Shown: piece after piece, positions 25,837 to 51,761 of the stretch
Numbering within the stretch: the first letter of the stretch is position 1
Layout of the letters: every line of letters begins with the position of its first letter
Source of the DNA: Macrostomum lignano
Taxonomy: Eukaryota
Direction: 5' to 3'
Assembly (NCBI GenBank): GCA_002269645.1
Contig: NIVC01000255.1
Coordinates: 372,001 to 436,000, forward strand
Length of the DNA stretch: 64,000 nucleotides
Notes under the pieces: model-generated
The model's input: only the letters and a program-made list of their open reading frames with translations
Database searches by the model: none
Told to the model about the DNA's origin: nothing
Position numbers and translations under genes: made by a program

Positions 25837-26975
25837 CCTGATCGTAAATATTTCAGAGTAAACGTCTATGATAACTACAGAAAAAATATATTGACTATAT
25901 ATTCTGTACAATGATGCTTGGAAACTTAAACGAAAAAGGATTGAAACTTCATTAGTCAAATTATGCGAACTCAAACCTTCTAGCAGTTTAAAAAAATAAA
26001 TTTAATAATCAGGTCTTTTTTTATTTATAAATTTATTAACACAAAGATTCCAGTACTAATTAAAATCGATTAGTAAAATACGATGTAAATTTGTTTATTC
26101 TATTAAGCTATAATCTACGGCTTGAATGAAAGCAATTATATATACAGAATTTCTAAAACCAATTAGAACAATTTACTGTCTTTAATCACAAAAATTTCAA
26201 GCACCTCTGCAGCTCCTCAAACAAAGAAAAAACTATCAACGAACCTATCAGCTGAATATTAAACAAACTTTCCCGTTTTAGTACATGTAAACGACACATC
26301 ACACTCCTTGGCTGCACTACTAGAGTACATGTACATGTACGACTTTTGTTTACCCATTTATTTATAATCGTACCAAACCTAAAACTTCCTTCTTCATCAG
26401 AGAGCAGCTTTAATTTAAAATAGTGATCTTCTACGGTCAATCAATCTAGAAGTTGATTAGGTCAAATGGAATCTGAAGTGCATTGAAAATGGGCATGGTC
26501 AAACGTAATTTTTGCGAGCTACATGTATATGTATACATGAACATCCAGCCGTTATTCCAGCAGTAATCTGTCGAATAAAAAGTAAATGTAAAAAAGCAGC
26601 GCAGAGTTAAAAAATTACATTACATTTATTAACATTACCAACGCAGTATTTAAATTTACTTTACACAAAAATCCAAAATAGTTTAAGGCCAAAAAGCATC
26701 AAAATATAATCAATAAAGTTCATCAGACCCGATAGCTTACATGAAATTATCAGTGCATGATTCTAATAATAATAAGCCGCTTTAAAACCGTTAATATATA
26801 ATTTATTACTTTAGATTTAGAAGCTTAGACCTGATACATACATACATACCTGACACTACTCCGATCTACACAGAAAGTAAAATTATCTTTATTTGTTACA
26901 GCTATAGTACATGCATATTTTTCCTCTTTGGACTGACTGACACTCACTGCATACAACAGCTCCTAAGCTGCTTCC

Positions 26976-28280
<1,305 letters not shown>

Positions 28281-28418
28281 CTGGGTAAAAGACAAAAGCT
28301 TGAAACAAATAAAATTTTTGCTTTTCCCTTAACCTGCAGTGTATTTTGGAAACAAAGTCAGAATTAGCAATGAATGGCTTTATTGACCACCAGTCTCGAA
28401 GTGCCGCAGTCCGCAGCC

Positions 28419-30362
28419 TCAGGGGCAGAAGGCCGACATCGCCTGCCGCACCTCATCGGCGCTCAGCTGCCTGCGGGCGACTCCGAAGCACCTCACGCAG
28501 AGCCCCGGGGAAGCAGATGGATAAGTATATCCGAGCTGCAGCTGCTGCAGTCCCAGTTCAGGAGCCCTATACGTCGAGTTCCGATATTCAACGCTCAGCG
28601 GCTCTCCGATGGCAGGAGAATCCAAAATGCGGTTCTTCATCGCCAGCCGAATGTCGCACCAGCTGCCAGCACAGCCCGATCCGTTGATGTAGTGGGAGTT
28701 GTGATGCCAAAGGAAATGCGTTGAGTTTCCAAGGTCGCGTTGCCCAACATCAAAACTAAATCTGCCCCCAGAATTTTGATAAATGTCAGCACCAAGGCTT
28801 TGCCTCCAATGGTCGCTCGGGACCGACAGAAACCGAACCCAGCTGCCGTTGCTCCGAGTCAGCCTGAAGTACATGGTCCACTCTGCTGCGTTCCAGATCG
28901 ACTCATTGAATGCCACGGGAGCTCCGACATTGTAGAACTCCCTGTAACTGGCACTGAAATTCTGCTTGAAGCAGGCCCCGTCCTCTGCCGACCTCTCCAC
29001 GCCGAACTGGTCCTCGATGGCGAAGGTGCGCGGGTCCACCAGGTTGTCGAGACCTCTCCTGAAGTCGAACGCAGCCACGAGGCCGTCAACTGGTGGAGTG
29101 ACGCCTCCGTCAGGTGCAGAGGTGACGCCTCCGTCAGGTGCAGAGGTGACGCCTCCGTCAGGTGCAGAGGTGACGCCTCCGTCAGGTGCAGAGGTGACGC
29201 CTCCGTCAGGTGTGGGGGTGACGCCTCCGTCAGGTGTGGGGGTGACGCCTCCGTCAGGTGCAGAGGTGACGCCTCCGTCAGGTGTGGGGGTGACGCCTCC
29301 GTCAGGTGCAGAGGTGACGCCTCCGTCAGGTGCAGAGGTGACGCCTCCGTCAGGTGCAGAGGTGACGCCTCCGTCAGGTGCAGAGGTGACGCCTCCGTCA
29401 GGTGCAGAGGTGACGCCTCCGTCAGGTGTGGAGGTCCCGTCCGACGCCTCCGTCTTGCACACGAACCTGTGCCTGCTGTGGCACCTGTCGCTGCGCAGTC
29501 GACCAGCTGACAGCGTGACGCAGTTCACAGTCCAGTCCGCACTGTCCGGGTGTCCAGTCTCCCATGCGGGCAGCTTGTTGTCGTGTTTCCCTGAGAAATC
29601 CGTCCACTGGTAGCAGAGCTCGCGACCCACACTGTCAGGGAAGCAGGGGTTCAGCTTGATGAGGCCGAGCCACACCGAGTCGAGCAGCTCTGCCGACTCG
29701 CAGCTGTCGATTCCGAAGCTGAGCTTGTTCACAAAGTCCAGCTCAGACTGGGTGAGCACCGACGCCAGCTGCGACGAGTTTCGCTGGCAGTAGAAGTTGG
29801 CCTCGTTGAAGTTGGCCTCAAACTGCGGCATCACGTAGCACTGCTTGTCGTGCAGCCACCAGCCGCTGGGACATCGGCTGCTGAGACTGCTGGAGTTGGC
29901 GCTCAACTTGCACACAAACGGGTGCCGCTCGTGATACAGCGAGTTGAGCCACCACTCACCGTCACTTCGGATCAGAGGCTTGTGAACGCTGTCCAGCTGA
30001 GAGAAGTTGTGTCTCTCGAAGCTCCCTACGCCGCCTACGCCGTCCGTCCACCTGTAGCTTGTAGGGTCGGCCAGACGGTCGAGGTCGGTGCCGAACAAAC
30101 CGATCCAAGCGTCTCTGCAGTGAGACAGTCGGCCTACCAGTCGGTTCTCTTGCTCACTTTGGATGGACGCGAGCTGAGCCCGGTGAGACAGACACGTCTG
30201 CTCGGCCTGAAACCAGTAGTTCGGCTCGCTGAACCACTTGTAGCATGAGTGAGCTCGGTGTGTCCATCCGTGTCCGGGACACTGAGCAGAGGCGGCGCCG
30301 GTGAGCAGCAGAGCTGCAGTGGCTGCGGCGAGGCAGGCAGCGAGTAGCTGGCGGTGCTGCAT
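28419..30362 (-). CDS. Intronless secreted protein (647 aa from ATG 30362): signal peptide, 2 C-type lectin domains, 14 x 8-aa S/T/P repeat stalk, ConA-like/LamG-type C-terminal domain
   Basis: Hydrophobic leader QLLAACLAAATAALLLTGAASA. Two CTLDs (CP.GW..CY..A..C..LASI/V..W(I/L)GL..FVCK). (SA/PT)PDGGVT x14. C-terminal region opens GLVAAFDF and closes RQLSADEV, as LamG-like folds often do (inferred). No transmembrane segment. Confidence 0.85.
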   Translation of the reverse strand: MQHRQLLAACLAAATAALLLTGAASAQCPGHGWTHRAHSCYKWFSEPNYWFQAEQTCLSHRAQLASIQSEQENRLVGRLSHCRDAWIGLFGTDLDRLADPTSYRWTDGVGGVGSFERHNFSQLDSVHKPLIRSDGEWWLNSLYHERHPFVCKLSANSSSLSSRCPSGWWLHDKQCYVMPQFEANFNEANFYCQRNSSQLASVLTQSELDFVNKLSFGIDSCESAELLDSVWLGLIKLNPCFPDSVGRELCYQWTDFSGKHDNKLPAWETGHPDSADWTVNCVTLSAGRLRSDRCHSRHRFVCKTEASDGTSTPDGGVTSAPDGGVTSAPDGGVTSAPDGGVTSAPDGGVTSAPDGGVTPTPDGGVTSAPDGGVTPTPDGGVTPTPDGGVTSAPDGGVTSAPDGGVTSAPDGGVTSAPDGGVTPPVDGLVAAFDFRRGLDNLVDPRTFAIEDQFGVERSAEDGACFKQNFSASYREFYNVGAPVAFNESIWNAAEWTMYFRLTRSNGSWVRFLSVPSDHWRQSLGADIYQNSGGRFSFDVGQRDLGNSTHFLWHHNSHYINGSGCAGSWCDIRLAMKNRILDSPAIGEPLSVEYRNSTYRAPELGLQQLQLGYTYPSASPGLCVRCFGVARRQLSADEVRQAMSAFCP

Positions 30363-31389
30363 TTGCTGAGTCGCCAATGGGAGTCGCTGATTGGAGCGGC
30401 CACTTTGAGTTGCAAATTTGAGCAGGCATTGCGAGTCGGTATTTATCCACTCGAGCTGGTGGGAACTCGGCGCCTGCTGCAGGTCAGCTGCCGCAGATCG
30501 AGGGCAGCAGGGCTGTCAGAAGCAGCTTAGAGACAAACATTTTTCCTGTTTTTATCAGCCAAATCAGTGTCAAAAGTGGCGCAAAATTGACGCAGAATTC
30601 AAGCTCAGCTCTACAAGGATTTGGGCGGCCTCTGCTCATTTCTCACGAGCAATGGGGTGCAGGTTTGGTAGCTTGAACCACATGTGACAGGCTGTTTTTA
30701 TTGCAGATAATTATTAAATTAGCGAATAGCCTGTCAAAAAGCAGCTCAAATATACATGCATTGGGGCGGCTACAGATACAAGCTGTAAAAGTGATCAATG
30801 CCTAAAACTGTTGAGCATTCTGACAACGTGGTTGCCCAGTCAATCAAGGCAGTCAAAACCTAGTCAAACACCAAGGCAATGGCTTCCCCACTAAAGTTGG
30901 TTCCGCATTCATTGCGTAATCATCTTTTTCTAAATCGGTCTACAGAAAGCACTTTGGCTCAAATGGTTCGGCAGCTTGAAAATAGGTCAATTTTTCTGTG
31001 AATTTGTGGTTTGTCATAATTGAGGCTGTCTTACAGGCCAAATTTCAATTAATGTGGGGCGCCATTTCACTTGAGGGACACTAGCAACATGAAATGCAAC
31101 GAGTCGCCAAAGCTTCTGCAAAGGTCTCTCTGGAGGTGTCAGGTGGTTTATTAATTATCATTGCAGTGCAGAGGCGCAGCAGCTCAATCACTGACTCTTC
31201 AATAAGGAACAGCTGCTCGAATGCAGAAATCATAAAGACAATTAATGCCAAAAACTGATCAAGTTGCTTTCATTCCACATCAAATGGTTTTATTAAAAAC
31301 ATGTTCTTATTTTTATTTTAAATAAAGTTACATTATTTATTAACAATTATGTACAAAGTCACAAGCCTTTATCAATACAGTACAGTGCT

Positions 31390-31705
31390 CAGTCCCACAC
31401 TGCCCCAATCCCACACTGTCTCAATCCCACACTGTCTCAATCCCACACTGTCTCAATCCCACACTGTCTCAATCCCACACTGTCTCAATCCCACACTGCC
31501 TCAATCCCACACTGTCTCAATCCCACACTGTCTCAATCCCACACTGTCTCAATCCCACACTGCCTCAATCCTACACTGTCTCAATCCCACACTGTCTCAA
31601 TCCCACACTGCCTCAATCCCACACTGCCTCAGTCCCACACTGTCTCAATCCCACACTGCCTCAATCCCACACTGTCTCAATCCCACACTGTCTCAATCCC
31701 ACACT
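31390..31705. repeat. Minisatellite, 16-bp unit cacactgtctcaatcc
   Basis: Tandem copies visible, downstream of the CPLANE2 stop. Confidence 0.95.
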
Positions 31706-31722
31706 TGAGACCACAGGCCTCC

Positions 31723-33043
31723 TCACTTCCCCCTAGCACCTGGCACAGAGGTCTCAATGGAGCCCAGCAGCACCAGCCGCCGGTGCCACAGGCACTCGCA
31801 CAGCCGAGTCAGCAGTTGCCATGCGGACTCGGACGGCATGTCCGGCGAGAATCGAACCAACGGCAGCCGGCAGTCCCGCTCCAGCTGCAGCAGCTCAGCG
31901 CGGCTCACCACCTGAGCCTCGGGCTGGTCCAGCCGGGTCGCCACCAGCAGGCCGCACGGCGGGGAGCCTTCGGAGCCGCCGTCAAGAGTGCGGCGGACAA
32001 CTGCCGGCAGTTCAGCGACCGAAGCTCGGTCCGCCACGCTGAACACGAACAGCACGCAGTCGCAGGCGAGTCGAAGCTCGTTCCGCAGGTGCTCGAAACT
32101 GCGGCTTGCCGAATCGCCGGCCTCCCAGAACTGCAGATGGCAGAGCAGCGGCGGCTCCTCCGGTGCCGTGGCGGCGGCGGTGGCTGCTCGACGAAGGCGG
32201 CACGGCCAGAACTGACGGTGCACCGCGAGACCGGGGGTCTCCCGCCAGCTGGGGCTGGGGGACCGGCCTGGGAGAGAAAGGGCGTGGGGGCTTAGCTGAG
32301 ATTGACATCTCAGCTGCACCTCAGCTGCACCTCAGCTACACCTCAGCTACAGCTTAGCTACACCTCAGCTACACCTCAGCTACACCTCAGCTGCACCTCA
32401 GCTACACCTCAGCTGCAACTCAGCTGCACCTCAGCTACACCTCAGCTGCACTTCAGCTACACCTCAGCTACAACTCAGCTACACCTCAGCTACACCCCAG
32501 CTGCACTTCAGCTACACCTCAGCTACAACTCAGCTGCACCTCAGCTACACTTCAGCTACAACTCAGCTACAACTCAGCTACAACTTAGCTACACCTCAGC
32601 TACACCTCAGCTACATCTCAGCTACACCTCAGCTACACCTCAGCAGCACCTCAGCTACACCTCAGCTACACCTCAACTACAGCTACACCTCAGCTCCACC
32701 TCAGCTGCACCTCAGCTACACCTCAGCTACACCTCAGCTGCACCTCAGCTACTCCAACCAACAGTCCAACACCCAAACGCCAATCAATCAAATTTCTGTC
32801 ACCTGTCAACGCGCTGATCAAAGCGGATTTGCCGACACCTGCCCGGCCAGTCACCGCCACTTTGAAAGGCCCAGCGGGTTGCCAAGCGGCTGCCAGCTGC
32901 TGAGGCTGAGGCGGCGACTCCAGCAAAGCAAACTGCAGAGGCCTCGGCTGACCCCGCGGCCACACGGCTTGGAGGTGCGGCGCCCCCTCTTGCGAGGCCA
33001 GCCAGTTGAACTGAAAGTGCGAGCCTCTGTCGCAGTGGTACAT
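31723..33043 (-). CDS. CPLANE2: CPLANE2/RSG1 atypical small GTPase (ciliogenesis), 2 exons, 261 aa
   Basis: Exons 33043-32803 and 32267-31723 (phase 1). NWLASQEG..LLESP, P-loop FKVAVTGRAGVGKS, ETPGL..FWP, LQFWEAGDSASRSFEHL, VLFVFSVADRAS and C-terminal ECLWH match the RSG1 pattern. Confidence 0.85.
32305..32755. repeat. Intronic 11-bp minisatellite cacctcagcta
   Basis: Fills the CPLANE2 intron. Confidence 0.95.
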
Positions 33044-33121
33044 GCTGCTGCACCGAATGCCTTCAATGCGCTGGGGAGACTGCGGTTGCTGCTGGCAGCT
33101 GCGGGATCTGCGGACGATGCT

Positions 33122-34290
33122 GTGTCAGGTGAGGCTCAGGTGGGTGTCAGGTGATGCTTAGGGTTGGGTGTCAGGTGAGGCTTAGGGTTGGGTGTCAGGT
33201 GATGCTTAGGGTTGGGTGTCAGGCGATGCTTAGGGTTGGGTGTCAGGTGATGCTTAGGGTTGGGTGTCAGGTGATGCTTAGGGTTGGGTGTCAGGTGATG
33301 CTTAGGGTTGGGTGTCAGGTGAGGCTTAGGGTTGGGTGTCAGGTGATGCTTAGGGTTGGGTGTCAGGTGGTGCTTAGTGTTGGGTGTCAGGTGATGCTTA
33401 GGGTGGGTGTCAGGTGGTGCTTAGGGTGGGTGTCAGGTGGTGCTCAGTGTGGGTGTAAGATGAGGCTCAGTGTGGGTGTCAGTTGGCGCTCAGTGTGGGT
33501 GTCAGGTGGTGCTCAGTGTGGGTGTCAGGTGGTGCTCAGTGTGGGTGTCAGTTGGCGCTCAGTGTGGGTGTCAGGTGGTGCTCAGTGTGGGTGTCAGGTG
33601 GTGCTCAGTGTGGGTGTCAGTTGGCGCTCAGTGTGGGTGTCAGGTGGTGCTCAGTGTGGGTGTCAGGTGGTGCTCAGTGTGGGTGTCAGGTGGTGCTCAG
33701 TGTGGGTGTAAGATGAGGCTCAGTGTGGGTGTCAGTTGGCGCTCAGTGTGGGTGTCAGGTGGTGCTCAGTGTGGGTGTCAGTTGGCGCTCAGTGTGAGTG
33801 TCAGGTGGTGCTCAGTGTGGGTGTCAGGTGGTGCTCAGTGTGGGTGTCAGGTGGTGCTCAGTGTGGGTGTCAGGTGGTGCTCAGTGTGGGTGTCAGGTGG
33901 TGCTCAGTGTGGGTGTAAGATGAGGCTCAGTGTGGGTGTCAGTTGGTGCTCAGTGTGGGTGTTAGGTGGTGCTCAGTGTGGGTGTCAGTTGGCGCTCAGT
34001 GTGGTTGTCAGGTGGTGCTCAGTGTGGGTGTCAGGTGGTGCTCAGTGTGGGTGTCAGGTGGTGCTCAGTGTGGGTGTAAGATGAGGCTCAGTGTGGGTGT
34101 CAGTTGGTGCTCAGTGTGGGTGTCAGGTGGTGCTCAGTGTGGGTGTCAGGTGGTGCTCAGTGTGGGTGTCAGGTGGTGCTCAGTGTGGGTGTAAGATGAG
34201 GCTCAGTGTGGGTGTCAGTTGGCGCTCAGTGTGGGTGTCAGGTGGTGCTCAGTGTGGGTGTAAGATGAGGCTCAGAGTGGGTGTCAGGCG
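33122..34290. repeat. Intergenic 23-24-bp minisatellite gggtgtcaggtggtgctcagtgt; left-hand units carry TTAGGG
   Basis: Tandem copies visible. Confidence 0.95.
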
Positions 34291-34649
34291 TGTTATGAGC
34301 AGTGGGCCTATAGATTTGTGAGTGGTGCATTTGAGGTTTAATCTCTGAGGGAAAAGAATTAAAAATCAAAAAATAAAATCAATGAAAATTTAAGAAACGA
34401 AGTTAAAATTTGGCACCGAATGTTTATCGTCGAAATCAACATCACTGATAAGAAAGCCATTAGAATTTACAGTTTCATCAGAATTATAACAGAATTCAGC
34501 ATACTTAGCAATGGCTAATTTACTTTAAGAAGCAATGCAGAAATGTCCCTGAAAGTCAGCAGGACAGACAAGTTCAGCTTCTGCCTGTCCTGAGAGCTTG
34601 AAAGAAAAATTGAATACAAATGTAACATGTAGTCACTTAGAGGTACTCG

Positions 34650-34925
34650 CAAATCAGAAATCACACATTAATCACTCAGAAGTCACTCAGAAGTCACTCA
34701 AAAGTCACCCAGAAATCACTCAAAAATCTCCCAGAAATCACTCAGAAGTCACCCAAAAGTCACCCAGAAGTCACTCAGAAATCACTCAGAATTCACTCAG
34801 AAGTCACCCAGAAGTCACTCAGAAGGCACCCAGAAGTCACCCCAGAAGTCACTCAGAAGTCACCCAGAAGTCACCCAGAAGTCACTCAAAGGTCACTCAG
34901 AAGTCACTCAAAAGTCACTCAGAAA

Positions 34926-34930
<5 letters not shown>
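34650..34930. repeat. 11-bp minisatellite cagaagtcact
   Basis: Tandem copies directly after the FOCAD stop. Confidence 0.9.
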
Positions 34931-46925
<11,995 letters not shown>

Positions 46926-47004
46926 TGAGCATTTCTGAGAGTTTAAACGCTGTTCTGCAAAATTAGGTTACAGTAGATAGCCATTTTCATAGAAGGTTTA
47001 AACT

Positions 47005-47655
47005 GGAGCGATTCTCATAGGATTAAGTAGTGGGGGGGCGATTCTCATAGGAGATTTACATTGGGGCGATTTTCATAGGAGATTTAAATTGGGGCGATTC
47101 TCATGGGAGATTTACATTGGGGCGATTTTCATAGGAGATTTAAATTGGGGCGATTCTCATGGGAGATTTACATTGAAGCGATTCTCATAGGAGATTGAAT
47201 TGTGGGGGCGATTCTCATGGGAGATTTACATTGGGGCGATTCTCATGGGAGATTTACATAGGGGCAATTCTCATGGAAGATTGAAGTGTATGGTGGGGCG
47301 ATTCTCATAGGAGATTGAAGCGTGGACTGGGGCGATTCTCATGAGAGATTGAAGTGTGGGGTGGGGCGATTCTCATGGAAGATTGCAGTGTGGGGTGGGG
47401 CGATTCTCATGGGAGATTGAAGTGTGGGGTGGGGCGATTCTCATGGGAGATTGCAGTGTGGGGTGGGGCGATTCTCATGGGAGATTGCAGTGTGGGGTGG
47501 GGCGATTCTCATGGGAGATTGCAGTGTGGGGTGGGGCGATTCTCATGGGAGATTGCAGTGTGGGGTGGGGCGATTCTCATGGGAGATTGAAGTGTAGGAT
47601 GGGGCGATTCTCATAGGAGATTGAAGTGTAGGGAGAGCGATTCTTATAGGAGATT
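47005..47655. repeat. Intergenic ~34-bp minisatellite ggggcgattctcatgggagattgcagtgtggggt
   Basis: Tandem copies visible. Confidence 0.95.
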
Positions 47656-48217
47656 TTAATATATTTCCTGGAAAAAAACAAACGCTAAAGTCAAAAATAC
47701 GATTTAAGCTGACTGATAACATTTTTTAGTAGTTATTGATTAGAATATAAAATCGGTTTGCAGTTTAAAACAATTAACTCGTGGAAGATTAAAAACAAGC
47801 TGACCAAAAATGTAATGTTAACAGTGAAATTGATAATCACATTTGATTGATACATTGTAGGCTATAAGATAACAGTTAAGACTAGGCTAGATGCCCGCAA
47901 ACCAATTAACAGAGATTTTATAATTAGCATAAAAATTAATATAAGCATATGTATATATACATTTATTCAGTGATGACGCCTGACTCTCTACTTGTATTAA
48001 TACTACTGACAAAAGTAGCGACTGTGGATTCAAAATATTAATGGCAAGTATTGTTTCTTTTGACAAAATTTAAAAAAAAAGACCCAGAACTGCTTGAGAA
48101 GTACTTGTAATTCGATAGACAGAATGCTCAGTCAATAATGAATGACGTCTACACATTCTACTCTTTGTCGATTGATAAAAACTAACGATTTGACTTTAAT
48201 AAAAAAATTCTTGCACC

Positions 48218-49799
48218 TCAAATAGCCAGCGCGAACACATTCACAATAGCGTGCATAGTTTTGCTCTCCCACTTGATGGTGCAGGATCCGTCAGTCTGGC
48301 TGTCCCAGAAACACGAGGAGGCTGTGTGCAGTCCAGCACCGTTTTTCTGCATGATGACGCAGTTGACCACGTATTTGAATGGCTTCTCTGTGGGGTGAGA
48401 TCAATGGGGAATGTACATCTCTGTAGATCAATGGGGAATGTGCATCTCTGCAGATCAATGGGAATGTACATCTCTGTAGATCAATGGGGAATGTACATCT
48501 CTGTAGATCAATGGGGAATGTACATCTCTGTAGATCAATGGGGAATGTACATCTCTGTAGATCAATGGGGAATGTACATCTCTGTAGATCAATGGGGAAT
48601 GTACATCTCTGTAGATCAATGGGGAATGTACATCTCTGTAGATCAATGGGGAATGTACATCTCTGTAGATCAATGGGGAATGTACATCTCTGTAGATCAA
48701 TGGGGAATGTACATCTCTGTAGATCAATGGGGAATGTACATCTCTGCAGATCAATGGGGAATGTACATCTCTGCAGATCAATGGGGAATGTACATCTCTG
48801 TAGAACAATGGGGAATGTACATCTCTGTAGATCAATGGGGAATGTACATCTCTGTAGATCAATGGGGAATGTACATCTCTGTAGATCAATGGGGAATGTA
48901 CATCTCTGTAGATCAATGGGGAATGTACATCTCTGTAGATCAATGGGGAATGTACATCTCTGCAGATCAATGGGGAATGTACATCTCTGCAGATCAATGG
49001 GGAATGTACATCTCTGTAGAACAATGGGGAATGTACATCTCTGTAGATCAATGGGGAATGTACATCTCTGTAGATCAATGGGGAATGTACATCTCTGTAG
49101 ATCAATGGGGAATGTACATCTCTGTAGATCAATCGGGAATGTACATCTCTGTAGATCAATGGGGAATGTACATCTCTGTAGATCAATGGGGAATGTACAT
49201 CTCTGTAGATCAATCGGGAATGTACATCTCTGTAGATCAATGGGGAATGTACATCTCTGTAGATCAATGGGGAATGTACATCTCTGTAGATCAATGGGGA
49301 ATGTACATCTCTGTAGATCAATGGGAATGTGCATCTCTGTAGATCAATGGGGAATGTACATCTCTGTAGATCAATGGGGAATGTACATCTCTGTAGATCA
49401 ATCGGGAATGTGCATCTCTGTAGATCAATGGGGAATGTACATCTCTGTAGATCAATGGGAATGTGCATCTCTGTAGATCAATGGGGAATGTGCATCTCTG
49501 TAGATCATTGGGGAATGTGCATCTCTGTAGATCAATGGGAATGTACATCTCTGCAGATTAATGGGGAATGTGCATCACTCTAAGCAGATTAACGGGGAAT
49601 TAGTGGAGTAACCAACCTACTTACCAAGCCTAGTGAGATGATTCAAGCAGTGCTCAATAATTGCGGAAGTCCACTGATTAACCTTGTTCTGTTGATACTG
49701 ACTAGTGCCAATGCTGGACTCAATGCCTTCCTTGATAATTTGCGATACTTCTTCAACATTGAATGAGTTTTGCAAAGCTGCTGGTGAATTGTCCTCCAT
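48218..49799 (-). CDS. DYNLT1: Dynein light chain Tctex-type 1, 2 exons, 114 aa
   Basis: Exons 49799-49625 and 48387-48218 (phase 1) give [86 protein letters not shown]1 vs DYNLT3 assignment is by recall. Confidence 0.93.
48400..49575. repeat. Intronic 27-bp minisatellite tgtagatcaatggggaatgtacatctc, ~43 copies
   Basis: Occupies almost the whole DYNLT1 intron. Confidence 0.97.
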
Positions 49800-50074
49800 C
49801 TGGAATCTGCGACTGACAACTGAAAGCAGAATTGGAAGAATATTATTTATTTTGTGAAACTGCATACAAAATAAGCATAAACTCGTTTGAAACTAAAAAG
49901 TCAAAGACACTAAATAATAAATTAAATAGTTGCATATTGATTTCTTCATTTTTGTATGTATCTACTCAAATTTATTCATTTCATATATTTAATTTTACAA
50001 TTTTAACATTTGTGTGTTAAAATGTTACTGTGTTATATAGTAACTATATAACTGTAAACTATATGTTACTGTAA

Positions 50075-51285
50075 AAGTACACCTTAGGATGGAGTGAGGT
50101 GGTGCAGGGCAGGGGTAAGAAAGTACACTCTGGGGTGGAGTGAGGTGGGGGGCAGGACAGGGGTAAGAAAGTACACTCTGGAGAAAGTACACTCTGGGGT
50201 GGAGTGAGGTGGGGCGGCAGGACAGGGGTAAGAAAGTACACTCTGGAGAAAGTACACTCTGGGGTGGAGTGAGGTGGCCCGGTGGGGGGCAGGACAGGGG
50301 TAAGAAAGTACACTCTGGAGAAAGTACACTCTAGGGTGGAGTGAGGTGGGGGCAGGACAGGGGTAAGAAAGTACACTCTGGGTAGAGTGAGGTGGGGGGC
50401 AGGACAGGGGTAAGAAAGTACACTCTGGAGAAAGTACACTCTGGGGTGGAGTGAGGTGGGGGCAGGACAGGGGTAAGAAAGTACACTCTGGAGAAAGTAC
50501 ACTCTGGGGTGGAGTGAGGTGGGGGCAGGACAGGGGTAAGAAAGTACACTCTGGGTAGAGTGAGGTGGGGGGCAGGACAGGGGTAAGAAAGTACACTCTG
50601 GGGTGGAGTGAGGTGGGGGCAGGACAGGGGTAAGAAAGTAAACTCTGGGGTAGAGTGAGGTGGGGGGCAGGACAGGGGTAAGAAAGTACACTCTGGGGTG
50701 GAGTGAGGTGGGGGGCAGGACAGGGGTAAGAAAGTACACTCTGGAGAAAGTACACTCTGGGGTGGAGTGAGGTTGGGGGCAGGACAGGGGTAAGAAAGTA
50801 CACTCAGGGGTGGAGTGAGGTGGGGGGCAGGACAGGGGTAAGAAAGTACACTCTGGAGAAAATACACTCTAGGGTGGAGTGAGGTGGGGGGCAGGACAGG
50901 GGTAAGAAAGTACACTCTGGGGTGGAGTGAGGTGGGGGCAGGACAGGGGTAAGAAAGTACACTCAGGGGTGGAGTGAGGTGGGGGCAGGACAGGGGTAAG
51001 AAAGTACACTCTGGAGAAAGTACACTCTAGGGTGGAGTGAGGTGGGGGGCAGGACAGGGGTAAGAAAGTACACTCTGGGTAGAGTGAGGTGGGGGGCAGG
51101 ACAGGGGTAAGAAAGTACACTCTGGGGTGGAGTGAGGTGGGGCAGGACAGGGGTAAGAAAGTAAACTCTGGGTGGAGTGAGGTGGGGCGGCAGGACAGGG
51201 GTAAGAAAGTACACTCTGGAGAAAGTACACTCTGGGGTGGAGTGAGGTGGGGGCAGGACAGGGGTAAGAAAGTACACTCTGGGAT
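50075..51285. repeat. Intergenic ~47-bp minisatellite ggggtggagtgaggtgggggcaggacaggggtaagaaagtacactct
   Basis: Tandem copies with an optional ggagaaagtacactct sub-duplication. Confidence 0.95.
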
Positions 51286-51761
51286 GGCGTGAGTTGAAAT
51301 AGACATCGCAATTGATATAAAAAGAATTTAAAATGTGTGCAAATTAAGTACAAATTAGCAAATGAAAACGGCAAATCAAGTGCGGGGTCATAAATGTCTT
51401 TAAAAAATGGGTAATGCTATGCATTTGCATATAATATATTTAGAAAATATCACTATATAAGACATAAACGTCACACGCTAAACTGCAAAGCAATACTCAA
51501 CAACGAATGGAATGAGCAGTTAGTTTTAAAGCACGGAAATCAAATAATTATTTTAAAATAAATCAAAACAAACAACGCAAAAACCTAAGTTGGGAGGGGA
51601 GCAAGGGATCATAAGATTTTAGCAGTTTCAATTTAGTGCCGCAGGTAGGATTTTTTCCAGGAAACCCTTCCATAGGGTCAAAGGCGTCGCTCCGGGGAAT
51701 TTCATATACCAGGGGGTCAGTGCCCCCACCTGCCTACAAACACAAGAACTGCACGATTTGA

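Noticed and set aside
48400-51285. Regular repeats resembling CRISPR arrays
   Set aside because: Head-to-tail units with no unique spacers, no cas genes, eukaryotic context.
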